From a virus (lineage: Duplodnaviria > Heunggongvirae > Uroviricota > Caudoviricetes), in the IMG/VR virus record IMGVR_UViG_2579778919_000008: DNA of 33,208 bases; one strand, given 5' to 3'. Positions 17,348 through 26,071 of this stretch are shown here, piece after piece; positions within the stretch are counted from its first letter, which is position 1; each line of letters begins with the position of its first letter. Under the pieces are notes generated by a model. The model made no database searches. It saw only the letters and a program-made list of their open reading frames with translations, and had not been told where the DNA came from. The position numbers and the translations under genes are program-made.

Positions 17348-18630
17348 GATTTCAGCTCCAGCAGCTGCGTCGCGCGTTCAGATAACACATCACCAGGAGT
17401 GACGGTGGCACCGGCGTTCATCAGCGACAGACGCCAGCCATTGTCAGACTGCACACCACGCACCGCGCGGATACCGTTCTGCCCGGAGAGGAGCCACACC
17501 AGAGCATCATCATCAAGCCAGACACCCGCTGGCTGACGTAGCAGAACGGGAAGCTCTGACCACATCGGGCCTGGAGCCAGCCGGACATCCTCTTCGTGAA
17601 TGCTTAATGTGATCGCACCGTTAACACCACGCTCTTCGAGGCGATTCAGCAGCTCAGGCTGGATACCGCCAACGCGCCTCAGGTCGCCACGGGTCTTCTG
17701 CCGCACGCTGACGGTGTCGACCCAGCGACGCACATCATCGCTGACGGCATCCAGCACTGCAGGTTCAGACAGTGTTTCATGGATGGCCTGAGAGGCAATC
17801 CGGGGCGTGGTGGTTGCAGATTTATTCATAAGGCGCTGTCCGAGAGAAGAGAGCCAGCCCTGACCCGGATTGTGCCCGAATCCGGCATCAGGCGTGTAAA
17901 GCTCGCCGTTGAAGCGTAACGCCTTAACGTCACGGGTTTCTTTTGGTCCCCATGCCTGTTGTACCGTGACAATGTCCTGCTCCCACGATTTGACCTCAAT
18001 CCCCATGCGGTCAGCATCCGCCTGGGTTCTGGCGCGAATGCGGCACCGGCAGTGGTATCCGTCAGGCGGGTACATGAACTGCCACACAGGATCGTCATAG
18101 CGGGCAGTGAAACCATTGAGCCTAGCGTGGAGTGGCCGGGTGTGCATATCCATGACGGCCACGCGTTCCCATATGGGGCGAAACTCCGCGTTGGCCATCT
18201 GCTCCGCATAGCGACCAGCACCATACGCCGCCTGCATATTGGTTTCAAAGATGGTGTGCAGACGGCGTGGCGTAAGTTGTTTACCCTCCAGTACACCATC
18301 TTCATCGGCGACCAGCCTGGCACGGTCGGCAAGCCAGCCCTTACGGATCAACGTTGGGGTAATCTGCCGTTCGAAGTCCCGGAGCGTGCCGCCGTTAACA
18401 ATATGCTCGCGCAGCGATTGATGAATATCCTCAAGCACATCCTGTTTAAGGACGCCCGCCACGGTGAAACTGGTGGCGTGGGCGCGGGCTTCAACATCGT
18501 GCCAGTTAAAGCCGGTGGTGTAGCCCTTCGACTCAAAGTAGGCTATCGCTTCTTCGGGCTTTAACCCGATGGCGTACCCCAGATCAACATCAGCTTTCGG
18601 CATTGAGTCGCCCCCAGACCTCGCTGACAA
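17344..18630 (-). CDS. Head morphogenesis protein, Mu F-like (gp30-like)
   Basis: 428 aa; contains YPPDGYHCRCRIRA motif typical of Mu F-like proteins; follows the portal gene. Confidence 0.8.
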   Translation of the reverse strand: MSARSGGDSMPKADVDLGYAIGLKPEEAIAYFESKGYTTGFNWHDVEARAHATSFTVAGVLKQDVLEDIHQSLREHIVNGGTLRDFERQITPTLIRKGWLADRARLVADEDGVLEGKQLTPRRLHTIFETNMQAAYGAGRYAEQMANAEFRPIWERVAVMDMHTRPLHARLNGFTARYDDPVWQFMYPPDGYHCRCRIRARTQADADRMGIEVKSWEQDIVTVQQAWGPKETRDVKALRFNGELYTPDAGFGHNPGQGWLSSLGQRLMNKSATTTPRIASQAIHETLSEPAVLDAVSDDVRRWVDTVSVRQKTRGDLRRVGGIQPELLNRLEERGVNGAITLSIHEEDVRLAPGPMWSELPVLLRQPAGVWLDDDALVWLLSGQNGIRAVRGVQSDNGWRLSLMNAGATVTPGDVLSERATQLLELKS

Positions 18631-20164
18631 ACAGCGCCTGCTTTATCAGCTGTTGCAGCTGCGCATCATCCAGCTGAGGATAACTCGCAGCAATGATATC
18701 CAGTGCCTCATCAGGGCTTTGCCCCTTGCTCAGAGCCGAGACCAGCGGCGCAATCAGCTTATCCATGGCCACCGCGATGCTCTCCCCTGGCGATGTGGCA
18801 CTGTCCAGCGCATCCTGCGCAGAGTCAATAACCTCACCCGTGGTGCTGAGTGCCGTGAAATGGCGGAATACCGGCGTGGTGCTCAGCCCCACCGGAGAGG
18901 GTGCAGCAGGCGGCGTCAGCACAGCTTCGTTATCTTTTGGTACCGGAATTCCGACCTTTTTGTGTATCCATGAGGTCGGAATAGTGTCCATCCCGGCGCG
19001 TACCAGTGCGGAAACACCATTGGCAAAGGTTTCAATGCTCTCCAGCTCGCGGGTATCAAATACCAGACGCGGCTGACGGCGCGGGCTGACGTTATAACCA
19101 TTAATGGCCAGTAACATACGAATGAAGCCTCGATAAAACCCTTCCAGCTGTCGGGCATCAGCGGTCAGGAGATCGTGACGGACTTCGTTATGCACATTAC
19201 CAAGGGCGTTTGTTGAGGACTTACCGTCCGCCTGTGACGTCAGCGTGCCGCCGAGAATGACCTTTGATTCGGTACGCTCGCACCAGTTAATCATCGCCAT
19301 GAAAGGATCAGACTGCCCCTCGGCGGCATCCTTAAATTCGATTTTGGTGTTGTCAGGAATAATCCCCGATGCGTTATGACCGATACTGACCAGCGCTTCC
19401 ATGAGTTTATCCTGCTCATCCTGGCTGGCCCCGGACATATACGACCCGATACGCGGCGGCAGTCCGTAGATTTCAAGGAACTCAGCGAGATCTCGCACGC
19501 TGTAGTTTTTAAACAGATACGGCCAGACCAGCACGCGGTATAACCCTGACTGCGCGATATAACCTGACTTGGCGTTGTGCGTATGCACCAGCCAGCCAAA
19601 CGGCCAGAGCTCTTCTCCACCCAGCGTGCCGGTGTTAAGACGCACCTCGTCCCCGGCTTCCGGCGTGGTACAGAACCAGCGATGCGGACGCAGTTTGATT
19701 TTGACGGGCAACCACAGATTGCCGTCAAGTTCCCACTTTTCAATCTCCTGAGCAGAAAAACCATGCCCGATAGCTTCCGCCGCGTTCAGGGTAATATCTT
19801 CCATTTCCTGAAGGTCAGCGAACCAGCTGGCCACCATCGCGGCGATCTGCTTTTCTTCCGCCGTCGCGTTCGGCGGTGGCTCGATGCTCCAGTCCAGAGT
19901 AAGCAGCGCATTCTTGCGCTTGGCCATTTCGGAAAAAATATGCCCGTCCCGCTCAACCATATCTTCGAAGAGGTCAGCCTGAGCCGCCAGATCGCCGCGC
20001 TCAGCCGCTTCAAGCAAACGAGGAAGACGGGCAATGGTCATACCCCGCGAGGGGTGAGTTGGCCAGTCGCGCTGAAGCTCGAACGTGCGGGAGGTCTGGG
20101 GGGCTTTAAGCACCTCTTTATTAAGCGGGCGACCATACTGGTCAAGAATCTGAACCATTATCAA
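18590..20164 (-). CDS. Portal protein (Mu gp29-like)
   Basis: 524 aa directly downstream of the terminase large subunit with ATGA overlap. Confidence 0.8.
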   Translation of the reverse strand: MIMVQILDQYGRPLNKEVLKAPQTSRTFELQRDWPTHPSRGMTIARLPRLLEAAERGDLAAQADLFEDMVERDGHIFSEMAKRKNALLTLDWSIEPPPNATAEEKQIAAMVASWFADLQEMEDITLNAAEAIGHGFSAQEIEKWELDGNLWLPVKIKLRPHRWFCTTPEAGDEVRLNTGTLGGEELWPFGWLVHTHNAKSGYIAQSGLYRVLVWPYLFKNYSVRDLAEFLEIYGLPPRIGSYMSGASQDEQDKLMEALVSIGHNASGIIPDNTKIEFKDAAEGQSDPFMAMINWCERTESKVILGGTLTSQADGKSSTNALGNVHNEVRHDLLTADARQLEGFYRGFIRMLLAINGYNVSPRRQPRLVFDTRELESIETFANGVSALVRAGMDTIPTSWIHKKVGIPVPKDNEAVLTPPAAPSPVGLSTTPVFRHFTALSTTGEVIDSAQDALDSATSPGESIAVAMDKLIAPLVSALSKGQSPDEALDIIAASYPQLDDAQLQQLIKQALFVSEVWGRLNAES

Positions 20165-21810
20165 AATCCTCCTGAAGGACCGAACCTGTCTCCGCTATGG
20201 CCACGACGGGGAACAGCTTTAAATTCAAAATTACCAGCGCCGGAAACGGCCAGCATCCAGAGCATATGCAGGGCATCTGGCCCGTCATCATGGTCAGCTT
20301 TGGGGAAATGCCGGAGCTGGTCGATAAGTGTTGTCTGGGAAGGGTGCAGTCGTATCAGGCCGTTGGCCATATGTGGCTGCAGTGACTCAATGCGCAGAAG
20401 CTTATCAACCGAAGGCGTGACGGCCCTGGCAGGAACGGGGATACCCATCGCAGCGGAGCGCTTCACCAGTTCGGTGCGCAGGAACTCCTGGAACTGGACG
20501 GACTCGACCGCCCAGACCAGACAGTTATATTCCCGCTGCAGCTCGATAACGTCAGAGATAATTTTGTCCGGCACACGCTTACGGATACGCGCTTCGACCA
20601 CATCCAGAATGCCGGTGAAGCGGTTGAAGCCACCGACCAGTAATGCGGAAGGGTCGCGGCTGTTACCGTGTTTACCCAGGCTGGGGTCACATGCGCCATA
20701 GAAGCGCCACTCGTTAAGGCGGTTGACCCAGAAGTTAATGCAGCCGGTAAATGGCGCATCTTCGCCGCTGACGGGATCGTTCTGATATTCCGCATCAAAG
20801 GTACTGTGGCCATCACGGGCGCGGATGAGCATCAATGCATAAAGCGGACGCGCAGCCCATGAAACAACAGCTCCTTCATCCATCTCAGCCTGATGCTCAC
20901 GGTAATATGCCTGCGCCAGAACCTGACCATCTTCATCGTTGTTGCGCAGGATCTCTTCCCATTTATCCCACAGCGACATATTGTGCGGCCAGCTGATGAG
21001 CGCTTTGAACCGGGCCCGCGTCCATAGCGGATTTTTAAGGGTGCGGGAAAGCACGGAATCGTAGTGCAGGATTGTCCCGATATACACCACATCGAACTTG
21101 GCCCCCGCACCACCGAGCGGCAGGACGGTTTTTTTGAGCCAGTTATCGAGCTTGTCACGCTGCTCAGGGTTACGCACCAGCTCGTCGTTCTCGATATCAT
21201 CGAGCACAGCCAGGTCAGGACGATACGGGCCATGGCGCAGGCCACGCAACTTTTTACCACTACCGGCGACCTGCACCTTAATGTCGTTGCGGGTGAGAAT
21301 TGTCCCGGCCTGCCAGACGCGGCCACCGCCCGTCGCTTCAGGAAAGTCCATCAGCAGACGGGGGTTAAACTGCAGTTCCGCCTTTATCGCCTCCAGCATC
21401 GGATAGGCCTGGTCGATGGAGTCCATAATGATGACCGGGTAATGCTTGAGCGCCAGCACAATGCACCAGATGACAAAAAGCTGACTCACGATGGTGGATT
21501 TGGCTTCACCACGGGGAGCCGCTATTGCATCGTTCTGGCTCCCCGTGGCCTGGATGATTTCAGGCAGGCGCTTGTAGAGATAGTTATGCAGTTCGCTGCG
21601 GGCAGCATGGCGGACATAGTGCGGAAAATAATGCTGCACAAAGTACTCAAACCCCGTTACAGGGTCAGCGACAAGGCCACGACGCGCAGCGACAGCAGCA
21701 GCAGAGGGGTCAAAGCCCACATCTTCCGCTTCAATGGTGCGACGAAGACTGGCGGAAAGTTCCGCAAGTTCGGCAAGAAAATCTTTGCTGGATAACTTAG
21801 TTCTGGCCAT
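20161..21810 (-). CDS. Terminase large subunit (Mu gp28-like)
   Basis: 549 aa; N-terminal ATPase-like motif (PRGEAKST) and position before portal. Confidence 0.85.
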   Translation of the reverse strand: MARTKLSSKDFLAELAELSASLRRTIEAEDVGFDPSAAAVAARRGLVADPVTGFEYFVQHYFPHYVRHAARSELHNYLYKRLPEIIQATGSQNDAIAAPRGEAKSTIVSQLFVIWCIVLALKHYPVIIMDSIDQAYPMLEAIKAELQFNPRLLMDFPEATGGGRVWQAGTILTRNDIKVQVAGSGKKLRGLRHGPYRPDLAVLDDIENDELVRNPEQRDKLDNWLKKTVLPLGGAGAKFDVVYIGTILHYDSVLSRTLKNPLWTRARFKALISWPHNMSLWDKWEEILRNNDEDGQVLAQAYYREHQAEMDEGAVVSWAARPLYALMLIRARDGHSTFDAEYQNDPVSGEDAPFTGCINFWVNRLNEWRFYGACDPSLGKHGNSRDPSALLVGGFNRFTGILDVVEARIRKRVPDKIISDVIELQREYNCLVWAVESVQFQEFLRTELVKRSAAMGIPVPARAVTPSVDKLLRIESLQPHMANGLIRLHPSQTTLIDQLRHFPKADHDDGPDALHMLWMLAVSGAGNFEFKAVPRRGHSGDRFGPSGGF

Positions 21811-21834
21811 GATTAATTTGCCCTTAACAGCCTG

Positions 21835-22041
21835 TTAATGGTGATTACGGAGGGCTTTATTAACCTCGCTGATAAAGCGGTTCATCGACTCGATGCCGGT
21901 TTTATCTCGTTCAACGTCGAGGCTGTAGCAGCCTGTCGACGTCGCGACGGTTACGTTTCTACCGCCCGCGAACCGGATCCCCAGCACGTCACTGGCCATC
22001 ACAAAAATTTCACTGTTAACCCGGATTAACTGGTCAGCCAT
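21835..22041 (-). CDS. Small hypothetical protein between gp27-like and terminase genes
   Basis: 68 aa from internal Met whose ATG overlaps the upstream stop (ATGGCTGA); function unknown. Confidence 0.35.
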   Translation of the reverse strand: MADQLIRVNSEIFVMASDVLGIRFAGGRNVTVATSTGCYSLDVERDKTGIESMNRFISEVNKALRNHH

Positions 22042-22534
22042 AGTGTTGTTCCATTTCCTTGCCGAATGGTTCAAGGATCTCAACGAATGCCGCCAGGTGC
22101 TTCGGATAGTGCTCTGCAACAAACGCGCTGAGCTTCTGGATAACATCCAACGCTACCGCCAGCTGACTCACCTCCGGCAGTATTTTCTTGTTGGCTGCGA
22201 CGGCTTTGTTAAATGCATCGGCAAGGCTTGCCAGAAGCTCGACGCGCTCTCCCGGAGGGAGCTGAGACTCGGTTGTGAGCAGTTCCAGCGTGGTCTGATA
22301 CTGGGTCATTAACCCGGTGAGAATGGCGCGGCCAATCTCTTCAAGCCCATTCCCGGCCATAAGGTGAGCGGCGCGTAACTTATCCCAGTCATCGCCTGCG
22401 TCCTGGGCTTCCTTCTTCCAGCGGCGAGCTGTCGCAAATGCCACGCCAGCCTGAGCGGAGGCGATTTCAAGCGACATCTGGCCGAAGATATAAGATCGTC
22501 GCAGTTTTTCCCGTGTTTCCTGCGGATGCGCCAT
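22034..22534 (-). CDS. Mu gp27-like DNA-binding protein (putative terminase small subunit)
   Basis: 166 aa from internal Met with GGAG RBS; N-terminal helix-turn-helix-like segment; located immediately upstream of terminase large subunit. Confidence 0.55.
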   Translation of the reverse strand: MAHPQETREKLRRSYIFGQMSLEIASAQAGVAFATARRWKKEAQDAGDDWDKLRAAHLMAGNGLEEIGRAILTGLMTQYQTTLELLTTESQLPPGERVELLASLADAFNKAVAANKKILPEVSQLAVALDVIQKLSAFVAEHYPKHLAAFVEILEPFGKEMEQHYG

Positions 22535-22535
22535 A

Positions 22536-22820
22536 TCACAGCTCCAGTTTTGCGCGAATGAGCAGAATCGCCACAGTGATGACACCGCCTGCAATTCCAC
22601 CCGTAATCGCACCGGCAGACGCACCACGGCTAGCCGCATCGTCGCTGATGGTCGTGAGGCGAACATCAATTCGGCTCAGCTTGTCATTAATCCCGCCCAG
22701 AATGTCCGGGCTGACGGGGGTCTGCAGGCGTTCGAGCTGAGCGGAAATCCGGCTCAGCGTTTCCTGCTCGCTCTGGCTGATTGTCGCGCGGCGGGTTCTG
22801 CGCTTATGTCTGGCTTTCAT
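22536..22820 (-). CDS. Hypothetical protein with C-terminal transmembrane segment
   Basis: 94 aa; basic N-terminus, Gly/Ala-rich hydrophobic C-terminus; ATGA overlap with upstream ORF. Confidence 0.4.
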   Translation of the reverse strand: MKARHKRRTRRATISQSEQETLSRISAQLERLQTPVSPDILGGINDKLSRIDVRLTTISDDAASRGASAGAITGGIAGGVITVAILLIRAKLEL

Positions 22821-23071
22821 TTGTCCTGTTTCCTGTCCAGTTTGTTATCAATGCGCTCGATAGCCGCTCGCAGCTCCCTCATCGCATCCATCATTGCGGT
22901 GTAGTTACTTTTCGCATCCTCACGGCGCTGGTATTCATCCCGGATGCGATCAACCGCCTTTTCCAGGTCGGTAATGTCTTTTTGCAGACGGCGTATCCAG
23001 ATGGTGCCGAAGGTTGCAGCCAGCGCCAGCGCAATCTGAAAGGCCATATCAAGAGTCATGATGTTGTTCAC
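22817..23071 (-). CDS. Hypothetical membrane-anchored coiled-coil protein
   Basis: 84 aa; N-terminal hydrophobic helix then charged helical region; ATGA overlap with spanin gene. Confidence 0.4.
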   Translation of the reverse strand: MNNIMTLDMAFQIALALAATFGTIWIRRLQKDITDLEKAVDRIRDEYQRREDAKSNYTAMMDAMRELRAAIERIDNKLDRKQDK

Positions 23072-23700
23072 TTCCTGTAATACTCATTTATTGCCTGCAG
23101 CCTGCCCTCAATGAGCTGGCACCATGCGCCGTATTCCGCTGAAAACGACACTATTCCAGTGGGGGAGAGTCCGCCACCGGTGCCTGTGGTCTGGCCGGTA
23201 TGACCAGGAGCGCCGCTGGCGGTGGCTGGCAGATGCTGACCAGCGGGGAGGCTTTCGGATCCTGAGTAGCCAAAGGCTTCACGGAAGAGCTGCAGGCCGC
23301 CAGGGCCAATGCCGGTATAACCAGGACCATCTTTATCAAGTGCATCTTTAAGCCTCTTTTTAAGATCGCGAACAGTCTCGTCATGTGCCTTTTGCTTTTC
23401 AGCCAGCTCGCGGGTCAGCGCATCCGCTTTCTGCTGCCAGGCGTTCTGCTTATCAAGTGCAGCCTTCAGGTTAGCTGCATACTGATTTGCAGCGCCGAGC
23501 CTCTCCTGATCCCACTGCCGTTCTTTTTCACTGAAACCATCAGTCAGGCTTTGCTTCTCATTGCTGAAGGCCAGCGCCTGAGCGTCCAGCTTGTTGCCTG
23601 TGATGAAGGTGCCGAACCATATTCCGCAGCCTGTCAGTACCACGACGACGAGCAGCGGTTTCCAGCTAACCTTCAGGATTTTCAGGGCTGCTTCCCACAT
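23068..23700 (-). CDS. i-spanin (Rz-like inner-membrane spanin subunit)
   Basis: Start at internal Met; N-terminal TM helix (LLVVVVLTGCGIWFGTFITG) followed by coiled-coil region; contains an embedded lipoprotein ORF in another frame. Confidence 0.55.
   Translation of the reverse strand: MWEAALKILKVSWKPLLVVVVLTGCGIWFGTFITGNKLDAQALAFSNEKQSLTDGFSEKERQWDQERLGAANQYAANLKAALDKQNAWQQKADALTRELAEKQKAHDETVRDLKKRLKDALDKDGPGYTGIGPGGLQLFREAFGYSGSESLPAGQHLPATASGAPGHTGQTTGTGGGLSPTGIVSFSAEYGAWCQLIEGRLQAINEYYRK
23151..23345 (-). CDS. o-spanin (Rz1-like outer-membrane lipoprotein), embedded in the i-spanin gene
   Basis: Signal peptide with lipobox ALALAAC followed by short proline-rich mature part; fully nested in a different frame of the i-spanin ORF. 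Confidence 0.5.
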   Translation of the reverse strand: MHLIKMVLVIPALALAACSSSVKPLATQDPKASPLVSICQPPPAALLVIPARPQAPVADSPPLE

Positions 23701-23929
23701 CGCGCACCTCTCTGGCTCGTTTGATGGACATGTGTTTTGATGCCTGGCTCTGTGCCACCCATGCGCCCAGATAAGTGAAATACAGCTCACCCGGTGTTTC
23801 GGGACGGGTTACGGTGATCCAGACCAGCACGAAGGAACTGACCAGGAAGGCCAGAAAAACGATGGTATCTGACGTTGAGAGACGACCTGTGGCCGGGTTC
23901 GTCACCAGATCGCGCAGAGAGATCGTCAT
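23666..23929 (-). CDS. Holin-like small membrane protein
   Basis: 87 aa with one hydrophobic helix; start overlaps the endolysin stop (ATGA); position in lysis cassette. Confidence 0.4.
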   Translation of the reverse strand: MTISLRDLVTNPATGRLSTSDTIVFLAFLVSSFVLVWITVTRPETPGELYFTYLGAWVAQSQASKHMSIKRAREVRDVGSSPENPEG

Positions 23930-24570
23930 AGCGCCGCCTTAGCGACATTCAGCCGCGCCACACGGTCGGCCTGACCTTCAGCCGGAGGGTTGATACGGCG
24001 GGTGACAGCCAGAAAATCGCCTTTGTCCGCCAGCTCGTTGCAGCCATTTGCCTTCCAGTACCAGGCAGCGCTGCGGGCTGCGTTGAGATATTCCAGTAAC
24101 AAATCGGGATTAGCGATGAGATCGAGGCCCAGCGCCTTACCGCAAAGGAGGTAATTATTGCGCAGAGTAATCTGAATCAGGCCACGCCCGCGAAAGCGCC
24201 AGCCATCGCCTGACGCTTCATTACCGTTACCACCCTGATTTGCGTAAACATAATTCGCCATTTTTTCAGAGTTACGGGTATAGCGGCGGGCAAATTCAAT
24301 CTCACTGGGCTCGATAATACGATTCTTATTGAGATCGAAGTCGCTGCGGAAAATACGCGCCACGCGCTCAGCATCTGAATAATAGAGATTTTCACTGAGC
24401 CGACTGAAACCCGCGCTCTCATGGCCGGTTTGAGCAATAAAGGCGGCAAGCCGGGCGGGCGTATTAATCTGGAATTCAGCGGTGGCTTTACTGAATGGTT
24501 CAAACCAGCGTTGCGCCATCACTGGCGAAAGGCCTGCTGCTCGCTGAAATTGTGGGAGTGTTAAAAGCAT
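23926..24570 (-). CDS. Endolysin, glycoside hydrolase family 19-like
   Basis: 214 aa; motifs FIAQTGHESAGFSRLSENLYYS and GDGWRFRGRGLIQIT match GH19-type phage endolysins by recollection. Confidence 0.8.
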   Translation of the reverse strand: MLLTLPQFQRAAGLSPVMAQRWFEPFSKATAEFQINTPARLAAFIAQTGHESAGFSRLSENLYYSDAERVARIFRSDFDLNKNRIIEPSEIEFARRYTRNSEKMANYVYANQGGNGNEASGDGWRFRGRGLIQITLRNNYLLCGKALGLDLIANPDLLLEYLNAARSAAWYWKANGCNELADKGDFLAVTRRINPPAEGQADRVARLNVAKAAL

Positions 24571-24629
24571 AACGCCATCCGGTTAAAAAGGGATGGCGTC
24601 AGTATTTCATCGAGTTAGGTGAATAATCA

Positions 24630-24647
24630 GGTGAAGGGGTTCAGTGG
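24630..24647 (-). promoter_or_regulatory. Copy of conserved 18-bp motif (plus strand GGTGAAGGGGTTCAGTGG), candidate late promoter upstream of lys
   Basis: Identical to the 4628..4645 copy; on the transcribed strand followed directly by TGATTAT; a 9-bp-stem hairpin lies between it and the lys ATG. Confidence 0.45.
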
Positions 24648-24648
24648 T

Positions 24649-25155
24649 TTATTGAGTAACATCAATTATCTCTACATCGTCACTTTCTTCAATATGCGAG
24701 GGAGGTGGGTTGTTAATTGCAAATTTACATTCCTTACCCTGTTTTATGTATGATTCACCCTGCGCATTCACAGTCTTAACATTATCAGTTTTTAATGAAG
24801 ATAGCCTTGCCATCCAATATGAGTAAGCAGTTGCTGGTAACGTAGCACAAGAGCTAAAAGGTGTAGGGTTTAAAAGAAGATTCTCCCCATACAATTTTTT
24901 CGCATCCTCATCAAGGAGGAGGAAATGACGACTCACTGCAACAACTTCAGGTGTAAGATATCCTAGGTTCTTGTACATATCAAAAACAGCAGTTGCACCC
25001 ATTAAAGTGCTCTGCGTTTCATTAAATATTCTTTTGGTTTCCTCAAGTTGATTTTTATAAGTTTCAACTGCTTTTGTATTGGGTACTGTTTTTGCTACTG
25101 CAGTAGTACTAAATACCACCAAGAAAAATGCCATATATCTCATTGCATTACACAT
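24649..25155 (-). CDS. AT-rich moron encoding a secreted/periplasmic protein of unknown function
   Basis: 168 aa with N-terminal signal peptide (FFLVVFSTTAVA-KT); markedly lower GC than flanking phage genes; start overlaps the mor stop (TAATG). Confidence 0.55.
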   Translation of the reverse strand: MCNAMRYMAFFLVVFSTTAVAKTVPNTKAVETYKNQLEETKRIFNETQSTLMGATAVFDMYKNLGYLTPEVVAVSRHFLLLDEDAKKLYGENLLLNPTPFSSCATLPATAYSYWMARLSSLKTDNVKTVNAQGESYIKQGKECKFAINNPPPSHIEESDDVEIIDVTQ

Positions 25156-25589
25156 TAGAATAATTTTCCTTGACTGTTACAACCTTTGTTTTTCTGCTGT
25201 GCAAGAAGTTCCCACGCAAAGCGATCACTGAATCCATACTTAGGGCAAAGAAAGGTCATGGCCATAAGAGAGGACGAACCCTGCTCACGCACCTCGGCGA
25301 ACTCGGCGAGAAAGCGACGATTACGTAATTCTCGAAGGGCACGATCACAGCGGGGTAAATAGAGGACTTCGCCGCCAAAATTCTTGATGAGTAATTGGGT
25401 TTTCTCATCGCCGATAGTATCGCGCAGGAGGGCTGCGCGGCTGGCCCCCATAGCGCGGAGGCCTTTACCTATCGGGAACGTGGTGCCACCAAAAGCAGAA
25501 AGAAGCTGCTCGGTCGCCGGGAAGCCTATCAGGTCAGCTATTTGTATCACTGCTGACGGCAGCAGCTCTGTTACCTGTTCCAGATTCAT
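25155..25589 (-). CDS. mor: Mor/C-family transcriptional activator
   Basis: Start at internal Met with GGGAG RBS; C-terminal signature GGEVLYLPR...RNRRFLAEF resembles the Mor/C GGxQVYIP motif. Confidence 0.65.
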   Translation of the reverse strand: MNLEQVTELLPSAVIQIADLIGFPATEQLLSAFGGTTFPIGKGLRAMGASRAALLRDTIGDEKTQLLIKNFGGEVLYLPRCDRALRELRNRRFLAEFAEVREQGSSSLMAMTFLCPKYGFSDRFAWELLAQQKNKGCNSQGKLF

Positions 25590-26010
25590 TATTACGCTCC
25601 CGTTTTTTTCGCCGACTCGCATCAATGCTGAGAGCCTGCATGAGTTTGGTTAACTGTTCTGTCGTCAACCACTCTATGTATTTGACGTGGAACATATGAT
25701 CGCACATTTTCTCGGCATAATTCCACGGACGTTTTGCATCTGCAAGTAATGCATGAATTTTAGCAAGAATTGATTCACGTGTTTTAGCAACTTTTGGACG
25801 TCGACCATGTTTTGCTGAGTAGCGAGGAAAACCCTTATCGTGCATATATTCCCTGACAGCCTGAAGCTCGTCGAGGGTGCATTTAGCGGATGATGTTTTA
25901 CCGTTGCATAAGCGAGACAACACGCTGCGGTAGGTAACATCATCCCATCCTAAATATGCCTGACCCGCTTTAATAGCCCCGATAAGGCCTCGTTTTGCTG
26001 GCGTGGACAT
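25534..26010 (-). CDS. GemA-like early regulatory protein (Mu gp16-like)
   Basis: 158 aa from internal Met with AGGAG RBS; segment KRGLIGAIKAGQAYLGWDDVTYRSVL...GKTSSAKCTLDEL resembles the GemA family by recollection; position just upstream of mor. Confidence 0.55.
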   Translation of the reverse strand: MSTPAKRGLIGAIKAGQAYLGWDDVTYRSVLSRLCNGKTSSAKCTLDELQAVREYMHDKGFPRYSAKHGRRPKVAKTRESILAKIHALLADAKRPWNYAEKMCDHMFHVKYIEWLTTEQLTKLMQALSIDASRRKKRERNNESGTGNRAAAVSSDTNS

Positions 26011-26071
26011 AATATTTCTCCTGTTGGTTGCCATTATCGCAGGCACTTTGTGAAGTGCCTGCTGTAATGAC

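Noticed and set aside
19577-20701. Long plus-strand ORFs antisense to structural genes (374 aa here; also 21064..21795, 12503..13297, 11583..12362, 30196..30873)
   Set aside because: They lie entirely opposite well-supported minus-strand genes, are Arg/Cys/Pro-rich as expected of shadow frames in GC-rich coding DNA, and have no start context or synteny support.
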